NCBI GenBank assembly: GCA_964247055.1
Contig: OZ176050.1
Location: 12,586,001 to 12,650,000, forward strand
Origin: Paragordius varius
Taxonomy: Eukaryota > Animalia > Nematomorpha
Reading direction: 5' to 3'
Length of the DNA: 64,000 bases
Part shown: positions 42,603-54,996 of the stretch, in pieces
How the letters are laid out: each line of letters starts with the position of its first letter
Position numbering within the stretch: the first letter of the stretch is position 1
Program-made: the position numbers and the translations under genes
The notes under the pieces: model-generated
Told to the model about the DNA's origin: nothing
Databases searched by the model: none
Seen by the model: only the letters and a program-made list of their open reading frames with translations

Positions 42603-43643
42603 GTTGTTATAGATTAAGTATATTCAACCATTTTAATTTGGAGAACTTTGGAAGGAAGTGATTGTTAGATTTAAAATTTAACTTTGTGGTCCCGTGTTTT
42701 TTGACAAAATGCAGGTTTGACTCTCAAGGGTGCCCTACACGCGGGCCTTCAAAAAATTTAAATGCCTGCTAAAAAAATTAATTTATTTTTAATAAATACC
42801 ATTTTCGAAATAGAATTTTAAGGTTTTAAAATTTTTGTATCCATATATTACCCTTGAATTGGATTTCGTTGAGTACTATAAGTGGATAAAGGATTTATCA
42901 TTCATTCAATTTTTTTATATAAGTAAGGTTCAAATGCGTGATCTGAATTTTTGGCTTGTTACGGGTAATATAAGCCCTTTTGAACTTATATGGCCTATTA
43001 GGTTTTATGAAATTTTGCCCCAAAGGCACACTATTTCGATATGACGGGGCAGTTTTTAGCGGGTATCTTCTTACCCAGCAGCCAATACAAAAAACGCTTG
43101 ACTAAAATTTTCGCCTTTTAACAGGGATTACCTAAATCCTCTTTACATTTTTACGGTCTCATACCCTGGGCGAAAATAGATTCAAAATTTTATTTTTGTG
43201 GACTACTTTTTTAAAAAAAATGGCATTTTACGGAAGGAGCGGGTAAAAATAGGTCCTAAATTAAAAAAGCGAGCCGACTATGTTCGGCGCTATCGAAAAA
43301 ATAAAAAAAATTATATTTTAAATAGAATGGTCCAACACCTTTTCCGGAAAATTGTCTCAAAGTCACGATTTTTGTGGACTTGTGTTTTCAAAAAAACCGT
43401 TTTTTTACACGGGGTGGGCTCGAACTTGAGGAATTAGAAAAAAGGGAGAAGCTAGTGCCGGGACATTTATTAATGATTATATTCTTTTGACATTTGGATT
43501 TGAATGGGTCCATTGTTTTTCCGGAAACAGATTTACAAAGCCAGCATTTTCCATTTTTAAAAACATATAGATCCTAACTTATGCGTAGGAAGTGAATAAA
43601 TATACTTTTAAAATTTATTTACACGCCAAAAATATATCAATGA

Positions 43644-46027
43644 TTATTTTTTCATATTCTTTTCAAGTTCAGCTCGTAACTGCTTGCTGAAATCATCTTC
43701 AACATTGTCATCATCCCAATCATCTTCCCAGATATTGTCACCTTCCGTATTCTCCTGCGTTTTTCCACTATCTAATGAATAATCATGGAATGTAAAATTG
43801 TAAATGATTAATTTTTATTGAAATTTAATAAATCTAAAATAATATTGTGTTATAAATTATAAGTATTAAAGGATATTTATGTAACAAATTTGGCAGTTTG
43901 AGTGTTCGGAAGAATTAGATAAGTTACAATATACAGTATAAGCATGTATACATTGCTAGAAATTATTGCCGAATAGAATATACAACAAAGGGCAGTGTTA
44001 TTGGCTTATAATTTTTTCACTTTTTAACATTATTAACCGACAATAATTCTCTTTGCTACATATGCTACTTGGCAATAATTGATAACTTTTTAGTAATATA
44101 TACTTACTCATACTGTAATTTTACAAATAAACCATTTTTCAATCAAAGGCCACATTTAAGCAAACCAACATTTTTTCAAGCAAAGACAACATTTTTTCAT
44201 CCAAACACAACATTTTTAGACAACATGAAAAAATGAGCGTTTGCTTGAAACATTTTTGCTTTTGACTGAAAGATGGTGTAATAGATAAAAAACGTTTAAA
44301 AATTAACATAATGTTTCATTTATGATTTTAACTATATATGCGTGCATAAGGTTTTTTAAGCAAATAATACCGTGAAAATCTCGATGTTTTTATAAAAATA
44401 AAATCAATATTTAACTTTGACATTAAATCCCTTTTGAAGATACATCTAATCTGTGTTTAATAAAATAAAATCTGACAATCAAAAATTTTATTCCACCATA
44501 TGATAATAGCAGGGCTTCAAACCCGAAACGAAACCAAATGGATCCTGGAACCGTTCGGAGATTTTAGCGGGAACCGGTTTCGTTGGGTCGGAACTAGTCC
44601 GGTCCTGGTGCGACCTCCAAAATAAGTGGTTTTCATATGTTTTGTTTTTAAAAAATCAAATTTATCGCGTAAATTTCATTTCATGAATTGTCTCTGATTT
44701 TCCCATAAAAATGGAATAACCATAACAATTTTGAGTTTTGTTGGTTAAATATTATTTTTAAAAAAAATTCATTACATAATAAGATTTTTTTTTCATATCC
44801 GATTGAAATTGTATAACCATATTGGCAATTTTAACACTTGATGGAGAACCAAGGACATAAATTTTATGAAGTTTTTTAGTTTATAGATTAAGTACAATTA
44901 CCTTATTACTTAATGAAATGAACTTCTTGTAAAAAAAATAACAAACTTAGTAATATTGAAGTCTCACAGCTTATGAAAAGGGAAAATACGGTAACTTTAA
45001 GGTTTTGTCTTCATATATTCTTTTAACTAACAGAATGATAAACGATAGTGCCAATAATCAATAACTTAAAAAAAGATAAAATGAGGTGTATTATCAGTGG
45101 TACTCAAACCAAAGCTCGCAGCTAATTTTTAGCCACAGGTTTTGCAAAAATTAAAATTTTATCATGTATTTATATTAGCGGTACATATTGCGGCTCAGAG
45201 CACATTATGTAGGAATTTAGTGTCAATGAGATTGGGAAACCGTAGAAAAAATTTCTACGGTAGTTACTTTTTCAAATTTAAAAGTTAATTAACGCCAAAT
45301 TGCCATCTTTTTTAGTTGAATAAACCCAATTACTTACCTGTGTATTTATAGATTTGGCTATTTAACATTTTTAATAAATCATGTTTTGATTTATAATAGT
45401 TCAAAATTTGGTTTATATTGTAAAATTAAAATATGTAAGAAAATCATTTTATGAAATAAGAACTAAAATAGAACCGGTTTAAAATTGTAAAAACCAGTTC
45501 CAAGACCGTTTAATTTTTAAAGAACCACCTCGATTCGGGTTACCGTCCAAAAAAAACCCGGTTCGAATCCAGTTTTTCGACGCGGTTCGAAGACTGGGTA
45601 GTACCCGTTGATCAAATTAAAAATGGTAATTAGGTGTTTCGGCAATCACCTAATTTATTGATATTTAATATCATGGAATCATGGAAAACGTAATCAAAAA
45701 ATTTATTAATTTAGGGTTTTCGATTGGCAAAAAATTTTGAAATTTTAGGCATAAAGGGAATAAAAGGTTTTAGAGATAAAAACCATGTTATTTACCCGGT
45801 TCTTAAACATGATAAATATTATCAAATGTCAACACGACAGACTTATATTTATTTAAAGTTTTTATAAATGATAAATTTAAGATAAAATGTGGATGATTTA
45901 ATAAATTTTAAAAAAAACCTGGTGGAAACTCCTCAAATTCATCGTCTTCCTCTAACAATCCAATATCAATTTTCTTTTCTTCCATTACACCATTGTTGTA
46001 TTTGGAGTTGGTTGTCATGCCGGTCAT
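43644..46027 (-). CDS. SEM1: SEM1/DSS1 (26S proteasome lid, BRCA2 and TREX-2 partner), up to 78 aa; exons 46027-45919 and 43771-43644
   Basis: EEKKIDIGLLEEDDEFEEFPP|DSGK...NIWEDDWDDDNVEDDFSKQLRAELEK; phase-1 GT-AG intron. Absent from the ORF track. The start could be the ATG at 46027, 46018 or 45985. Confidence 0.93.
43934..44115. mobile_element. Tc1/mariner-type MITE family B, copy 2 (SEM1 intron)
   Basis: TA|CAGTATAAGCATGTATACATTGCTAGAA ... ATACTTACTCATACTG|TA. Confidence 0.75.
44510..45596. mobile_element. Non-autonomous hAT-like element (SEM1 intron)
   Basis: Ends CAGGGCTTCAAACC / GGTTCGAAGACTG with clustered GAACCG/CGGTTC subterminal motifs; TSD degenerate (5/8). Confidence 0.55.
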
Positions 46028-46080
46028 ACAAAATATTTTTTCATTCGTTTACCAACTGAAAACAAATTACTATTTGTGTG

Positions 46081-49000
46081 ATGCAAAATAATCAAAATAT
46101 TACTGCTCCCGCCTCAACTAATACGGGATCTGCTGGAACATTTTCCACAAATATAACCCCGGATGTAGCGAAGAAGAAATGCAAAAATTTTTTGGCCACA
46201 CTTATGAAATTAGCTTTCCATCAACCTACCGAAGTGGCACAAAGTGTCAAAAATTTGATTCAAGGCTTAGTGGTAACTATTTCTAAATACCATTAGCTTT
46301 TAAACATGTTATAATGCCAATATATTGTAGGACAGTATTGTATCACCCGAAGAATTTACGCAGCAGCTGCAGAAAGAATTAAATTCATCTCCACAACCTT
46401 GTTTGATACCATTTCTCAAGGTTCCTTAGTTTATTTAACTAAATTGCCAAAAAAATATCTAATATTCAATTACAATATAACAATTTAGAAAAGTTTACCC
46501 TATTTACAAATTTCATTGTGCCAAGGCGAAACATCTATCGAAGGAATACGGCCCCCAAATTTACAAGCTATTTTGGTCCAAAATAATGTATTATTTTATT
46601 TACATATTATGTAATTAATAATAATTTTTTTTACCCTATATAACAATTTTTGGCACGTTTAAACAATTTTTTGAAGCGTAAAGAGTATTTTATTATGATG
46701 TTCAATTTTAGCCAGAACAAATGACTGCTCTTTTGCAAGCAATGAATACTACAAACTACAATGGTAAATTAGTTTTCCATATATACCATTTACAATTCAA
46801 TTTCACCCTTAAACAATTCGAATTCACCCTTGAACAATTCAAATTCACCCTTGAACAATTCAAATTCACCCTCAAATAAAATATATGTTTTTTAAGATTA
46901 AAAAATACCTATATTATATATATTCTTCAAAAATAAAAGTTTTGTTTTAAATTAAAATATTACTGAAAAAAAATATACCATAAACATATATTTCACATTA
47001 ATAATGATTTATATTAGTTCAAAAACACATAATTTATTTTTAGGCTCAATTTGAATTGTTCAAAGAATTTGAATTGTTCAAGGGTGAATTTGAATTGTTA
47101 AAGGGTGAATTGAATTGTTTAAGGGAGAATTTGAACTGTAAATGGTATATTTATCCTAAATATTTATAACCTCAATATACTATTACGGAATGTAATATAT
47201 ATTAGCCACTAACTCACAACAAATCAACACCTCAAATATCGTCAATTTGACTGGAAATTTGAACAACACTAATAATTTAAATATCAACTCAGCAAATCGT
47301 CATCCGAATGTGAATAGTTTGATGATACGAACTCCAACCCAAACACTTTTGCCAACCCTAAAACCGATCCATATCCCTATATCAACTTTAAATGGTATAA
47401 TTTTTTAAAACGATTTTGGCTATGAATATATTTATCACGGTGGATATAACATAAAAATAAGTTAATATTTATCTGAAATTATATATACAATTTATTATTT
47501 CAGACAAGGAATATCGATAAATTATCGCTTTTAAGCTGGTAAAAGAAAAATATATACCATGGTTAAAAGGGTATTTATATTCATTTATTGATTGAGAGTC
47601 AAATTAAAACTGAATAAGTGATCTTTTTTAAAATTTCTTAAGCCGATGATCTTATAATAACGTCGGCAAACTAAAACAACCTTATAACGAAAATTGGCCT
47701 ATATATTTACTTCCTACAAATTAATTACGGTAAAATAACAACCGTGAAACGTGGGTAAAATATCAATTTATGGTGTTTAAAATATCGTTCCCTATGGATA
47801 CATCAATTAAATGCACTAGGCTGTAAATCCTTAATGATTGATAAAATTACAAATGCTTAGTATGGAATAAGGTTGTACAAATAATCTAACCATTTAAAAA
47901 CAGTAAACTTTTTTTGTTAGGTAAATAGATTTTAGCAGGGGATGGAATCAAACATGCTATAAGTGCATACACTTGAAAAAAAACATATTATTGAAAATAA
48001 TAATAAGTTAGTCAAATTATTACGAAAAAATAAGCTATTACAAAAAAATATCTATCTCATGTTTTCGACTCGGAAAATTATCCAAGTTCAAAGTCGGTAA
48101 AACGAAATTCCTACATGAATTTAAATTATTTTAAAACTCCATCCAGATTTAATTATACCCCTAATATATAATCAAATATTGATCACCATCCCACTCGACT
48201 TGCAAATTTAATTTTGTTATTTCAATTTGGGTTCAGTTTAATTATGATATCTAGTGATGATATAATCGTTGACTTAATTGTTGCAAGACCATTTAATATT
48301 TGAGTTAAATTTTAAATAATATTCTTCTAATGGGCTATAAATTGGTTTAATTTTATCATATAACTGTGTTGAAATTATTATCATTTTAAACATTTGTTTG
48401 TTAAACTAATTCTGCTTGCTTAACGAATTCCAAACAACCGTATTTTCCCTATATCTTAATTATTCAACATTATCATTTTGTTTGACTAAGATTACTAGTA
48501 GTATTCGAAAATTTACAATAAATTTATATAATTTTAGCTGAATTATAATTGCAATATAAAAAATTATGTATTAATTGTTTTTTCTTTCCTTTTAATTTTC
48601 CACCTAATAACGTCTCACATAATAACTCTACAAAAAATTCAATCACTATCATCAATACTTTATAACGATAATTTAAAATTTCATATATTTTATAGTTCAA
48701 CGAAACTTGGGTGGCCCCCAAACCCTTCCTACCTCAAACCTTGGTTTTAATAACACTGCAGCTGTTCTTTCAATAGGTTCTACATCATCCTTATACAATA
48801 ATAATATAGTTGGACAACATACATCATCCTTAAACAATTTGATTGGAATTGCCAATACTAATAATACAACAACATTAAATATTAACAGTAATATGTATGG
48901 TTCAGGAGTGGGTCCATCTCGTATACCTCTTGCTTCCATAGCACCTGGCCTGAATCAACAAATTATTGGTTCTGGATTTTCTAATGTTAATAACAGTAAT

Positions 49001-52000
49001 TTATTGTCAGCCAATAGTAGCAGCAATATTCAATCAGTCCATTATTTGAATCAACTTAATACTACGACTTTACCAATGAATTTGTTAGCAAGTGGCAATA
49101 ATATTTCGATAAATAGTGTGGGTATGATAAGTCAAAATCAAAATGCTCACCAATCTTTTCAACCACCAAATTTAGCGGGAACTGAAGATGCCGGATCTCC
49201 TATGAGGTATTCTTTGCAGTTTTATGCATTTAAAATTGGTGGGACTTAAAAATAAGTTAGTGTACAAATTTAAATTATAAAGGAGGACAAAACGTAAAAA
49301 TGAAAAGACATTAGGACAATCATTTTTTTAACCTTGGAGTTTTAAATTCAGATTAATTGTTTAAAATAATTATGTTATAGGAATTATTAAGGTTAAAAAG
49401 TATGGCAGATTTTATAAAAAAAAATTTTTTTTGATTTTTACATTGATCTTTTTTATATGTCAACCATATGCTACTTAAAACCGCCGATAAAGTAAAACTG
49501 GGAAATGGTGTTACTTATTATATAATCTGTTTCTGCTTATAATTGGCATATGAATCAGAAAAAGGACTATATATTGTGGCATAAATATAGAAAATAATTT
49601 TTGTTATATAATTTTTGATATAAAAATGGGCCAATTCACAAAAATGACATTTATTTATTTCAAACAAGAAATTTCATCATATAAAAATTCCCTAGAAACC
49701 AACAAAATTTTCATTGAATAAAATATATCATAAATACTTTTTTTTACCAGAGATGAAGATGATATAAATGACGTGACTGCCATGGGTGGTGTTAATTTAC
49801 AGGAGGAAAAAGCCCGAATTTTGGCTTATGGTTCAGAGTTGGTTGGTTCTCAAATAAGATCCGTTGGAGTGGAACCGTTGTTTTGTAATGTGCGCTGTTT
49901 GACAGCCAAATTGGATACTGCATGTATTTTTTCCCTTTTATAGTTTTAATTTTCTTTCAAATTCTTAAAAGGATGTATATTTTAATATGTTGTATTTGCT
50001 TTAACAGTGGTTTAGCATAAATTTTACAAAAATACTGGTTTTTTTGAGTGCCACGCATAATCATAAATTATATTATACAAAATTCATTGGTGGAATTTTA
50101 ATTTTTATTTCAGATCTGTTAAAATAATATTAAGTATCAAAATAAAAAACTTTAATGGCAGAAAAATTTGTTTTCTATTGTAATATATGAACAATTAGGA
50201 CAATTTTATGAGACGGTTGTGTTTTTACGAGGAACGTTATATTATATTTTATAAACTTTTTTACAGCTAATTTTTTCCAAAAACTTTTTTTATCATTATT
50301 ATTATGCTCATATATATATATTTGGATTGTAAAAAATTTTGGTAATACACAATATATGTAAATCTTTAGAAAGATAAAATTATAATTTCCAATTATTAAA
50401 TTATTATACAGTGAAAGCTGCTCAATTGCAAGCCTACGAATCTGACGTACTGAAAATACTTTCGCTTGCTATAGAACAGAAAATGCGTATTTGGTTAACT
50501 AAACTTGCCATCATCGCTGAACATAGGATGGATACTCTTAAGGTTTTGTTTCAAATATTATTAGAGAAAAGTTTATAAATTTAAGGGTTTATTTAGTTTA
50601 AACTTTTTTAGAATCAAATAAATGAGTGCGCAATGTTTTTCAAATTGATTTATTTTATTTTTAGCAGATATAATGTTACTCCTTATATGTTACTAACTTT
50701 TTTTGATTTGAAATAAATATGATTTGAGCTAGCGAATTTTTTAATTTTAATACTCTATAATTTAAATTTAAAGTGTGAAAATATACCATTTACAATTTAA
50801 ATTTACCCTTGAACAAATTCACCTTGAACAATTCATATTCACCCTAAAATAAATTATAGTTTTAAGATTAAAAATTACCTATATTTTTGATAAATAAATT
50901 TGTTTTAAATTGAAATAATACTGAAAAAATAATAAATTATGCCATAAAGATATATTTTGCATTAATAAGTATTAATTTTAAAACACATAATTTATTTTTA
51001 GGGTGATTTTGAACTGTAAATGATATATATATAAATTGTAACGTTCCATTAACCTTTAATATATGTTGTATTGTAGATGGATCCACGTTATGAAGTAGCA
51101 TCCGATGTTAAAAGTCAATTCAAATTTCTTGAAGAAATTGACAATTTAGAACGTAAGAAAAAGGAAGAACACGATAAAGAAATGTTGTTTCGGATGGCTA
51201 AAGTTTTTTTCATTCAAATATACGAATAAAATTTAGTATTTTATTTTGATTTTCAATCATGCCAAAATTTGGCCACTTAAAAAAACATTTTGGTCTGCTT
51301 TTTTTTATTTTTTAAGCTTGGGAATATTCTACAACCTCAACTTTATCTTAGTCATTATATTGCATATAAATATACACCTTTGTTTTCAGGTTAAACGATC
51401 GGTAGTATATTTTATTGAAAGTTTCCATCTTATTTGCGACAAAAGTTAACTCTTTATTCTAGAACGTCTAGCAATTATATACTATTATAAATGAAGCTTT
51501 TTTGAAATCATTCATATAAATATGAATATATATATATTTTTATTTTCTGCCTATCAAGGGCCGCTATGTTTGAGTTTTTCACGCAACATAAAATATTTTT
51601 AGCGATTAATAAGATTTTTACCTTAATTCAAGATTAATCAAATATAATTTTAATCATTATTATTATTTCCGAGAAAAAGAGTTCTTTACCAGATGTTAAA
51701 ATCATACTTAAGCTGCAGGAGCATTATATTTTGTAATTTGCTATAATAGATAGTTGCAGATTAAATTTATAATACATTAACATTGATGAATCTATATAAA
51801 AGTTGGAAAGTATTACATATTGTTACACATCAAATTTACAAAAACCATTGGATATTGATTAAACTATTTCCCAAGAATACCGTTTTTGTACAGTTATACT
51901 TAGATTTTTAAACTTATATATATATTCGTAAATTTTTTTATTGTTTTAGAAAGCGAAACACGAAGATCCCGAACAAATTAAATTAAAGCAAAGGGCTAAA

Positions 52001-52754
52001 GAGGTATGCTATATAAAAATATAAATATACGAATTCTTTATCAGCATAAAACATTTTGATAGTTACCTTTTATATATTTTTTAGATTTTGCTATAAAATT
52101 AAGCTTATAATGCGAAATTTACAGGTTTTCTTAGCATGTTTATCATAACTTTTCATCTGCCTTAATGTTTACTTTTAGTTTGTTACGCCCCCCAAATTAC
52201 CTTTATTTTGCATCGGTAGTTTCATTTAATTGATTTCATGCTAAAAACACTTTAGATGCAAATAGCACAATTAGAAGAAGCCAGACAAATGGAAGCTAAT
52301 ATGACAGCTTTGGCAGCCATAGGAAACCCGCGGAAAAAACGAACAGGTCAAGATGGCACATTAGAGGCATCATCACAAGATTATAACAATTCTATTATAT
52401 TAAACACCAACAATGTTAACATGGATGTAGGCGCCACACTACCTTCGAATTTAGGCCCTTTTACCCAACCAATGAATAAGGCACAAATTTCTGGCAACAC
52501 CTCTTTAACTGCTGGAAATCAAATGAATATACCATTTAGCGAAAATGTAATTTGCCTTTTTTGATATTAAATTTATGATTATATATAGTATTTTTTATTC
52601 AAATATGTATATATTTTATATGTTGTGATTTATTTTTTAGCCCCTTATAAAGAATCGTATCAAGCGTGTCACCATGAGGGATCTTATTTTAATGCTTGAA
52701 CAGGATAGAGATACTCGAAGATCTGCACTACTTTATCAATGCTATTTAACTTAA
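46081..52754 (+). CDS. TAF4: TFIID subunit TAF4, ~673 aa; exons 46081-46272, 46331-46420, 46489-46587, 46712-46763, 47206-47394, 48696-49206, 49751-49923, 50412-50542, 51077-51202, (51390-51401 possible), 51950-52003, 52256-52546, 52641-52754
   Basis: TAFH domain (KKCKNFLATLMKLA...ELNSSPQPCLIPFLKKSLP); RDEDDINDVTAMGGVNLQEE; histone fold; EDPEQIKLKQRAKE; ANMTALAAIGNPRKKR; C-terminal RIKRVTMRDLILMLE...LLY. All junctions are in phase. Confidence 0.93.
46784..47147. mobile_element. Foldback-type MITE family A, copy 2 (TAF4 intron 4)
   Basis: TA|TACCATTTACA ... TGTAAATGGTA|TA with 21-bp tandem arms. Confidence 0.88.
50784..51025. mobile_element. Foldback-type MITE family A, copy 3 (TAF4 intron, right arm largely deleted)
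   Basis: TACCATTTACA left end, shared core, short right end GAACTGTAAATGATA. Confidence 0.8.
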
Positions 52755-54996
52755 CGAAATATATTTTATTATATTATATTGAAACCAGGAAATAGTATAT
52801 GAAATACATAAAAAATAAAATAAATTTATAATTAACTAATACGTTTGAGCTAATAAAAATTTCGATTTTAATTTTAACATTGCGTGATACTTTCATTAAA
52901 AAACGTTTGTAAATTTATAATATATGATTTGTGCTTAAATCAGTGTTATAAGGTTATGTTTTCAAAAACCAATGTTTTGTTATTTATTATTTATTCGGCA
53001 TAGTATTTCCAATAATATTCATATAATAAAAGCGTTTTCGTTAAAATATGACCTCTCGAAATGATGTTATATATTTTTAGCGTTTGGCGTAAATTTCACA
53101 TGACAAGTCAAACGTTTGAGTTTGCCAGATACCGTTTATTCGATGCGTAAATATTATTTTTTATAAATAATTAAATATCCAAAACTAATGGCTTCGCGGG
53201 CATTTGCAAAATATATGAGAGATAACAAATATTATATTAGCATTCAAACATAAAACTGTATTAATATTTATTTTAACAATTTTTGGGTTCATTGCTAAAA
53301 TTCGGAAAGATTTATTTAAAATTTTTTTTAAAAGAATCAATTTTACTAAGATTTTGTAAAAAATTTTATGTGTATTTTCTCGCTAGCTGCAAAAGTCCGC
53401 GAGTTGGACACATCTGATTTAGACGATGGGTATCTTAAATGAGCCATATCCAACATTAGTTAGCCGTAATCACTTGTACTTAATTATAGAAACAAACTAT
53501 TTTCGGTTAATAACACCGGATGCCTAGACATTTTCATGCGATATATGATTTTAATAATTGAACGTTTCCACATGTATTATCTTTCTTGGCGCAATAACGG
53601 CTGTTAAATACTTTTGTATTATAAATATCATATTTACCTAATTAGATATCGGATGAAATAATTTATAAAGGTAATTTATGCTGCACGTTTTGCCTTCTTT
53701 TTATAGCAGATATGTTTGAAGTTTGCATTTTTTGCTTTTTTCATATTTGATACTAAGGTTAATAAAACAAACATTTTCCAGAAAACGTATTTGACATGAC
53801 AAATACTCACTTCATAAATTTTTTGATAAGGCGATTGGTTTATGGACTTGTCTGCTTACAATTTATCAGTCAAATTAAAAATTTGTGTACATAAAACCTT
53901 CAAACTTATGCTACCACCAGCCAATATTTTTCATATACCATTACTTATTTCATTATTAAACCACCATGGATAATTATATCTTTCCTATCAACTCCCTGTT
54001 CGCATATATTCATGCGAATTAAGCTATACCTATTCTATTAAACGTATAAGCACTGCCTTTCTAAATACAACAGTTCTGGATACCATGATACTACCAATAA
54101 TGGTCCATATATCCTTTCAAAATTAAGCAAAATCATTGAGTTATTTCAAACGTTTTTAAACATTTCCCCTCGTTTTGTAGTAATCAATTTGATATATTTT
54201 ATAACTTAATATTCAATAGGTTGGTATCTCGGTATTAGCATGGATGCCCTGTCGACAGTGAAAAGTTATTGTAAGCTATAAACTATACCGATAGAATAGT
54301 GGCAAATATAAATTTTGCAAATACCTTAATTTACATAAACTTATCTTTTTGTATATTAATCACAAAAAACACATATAGGAAGTGGTTTAAATTAAAATTA
54401 CTTTTTTTTATTGAGAATCTTGATTCAAAATATGCCAATTTTATTTTGATTATTATGACTCTTTTGACTTTGCTGAGCTCGAAACTTTTTAATTAACTTC
54501 ACGCTATTATAAAAATAAAAACTGAAGTATATTATTGTCCTTTTTATGTACTATGTTGAATAAATACATTATGTTAAAATAAAATATCTTTCAGCTATGG
54601 TCAACACGTAAACTATATGCTCTGATGTTAGTTTGGTAAAAAATATAAATCTAATATTTCACGGATAATCTATAACAGTGAAATATAACGTTTTGCCAAA
54701 CGTTTTATGTTATAATAATAAACCAAATAAATAACTAATAATTTATTAGATATTAATTAATCAACTATTTTAGACTATAATAAATAAGTTAGTTAAAATT
54801 ATATATATCGTGTGCATAGTGGAATGTGAATAATTGTTTAATTATTGACATCATATTTTCCATGTAATATATGTTGGTAATTATGGGTTTTCGGGATACA
54901 ACTTTTTTCCAAAATAACCCACTTTATATTATTAACAGTCAATCAATTAATCTTTTATAAAAGACTTTACAATTTTTGTCAAAGTTTAATTATAAT

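Noticed and set aside
53380-54260. GC-richer patches between TAF4 and Six3/6
   Set aside because: No sustained reading frame; one end resembles a Charlie-like TIR, so probably TE remnants.
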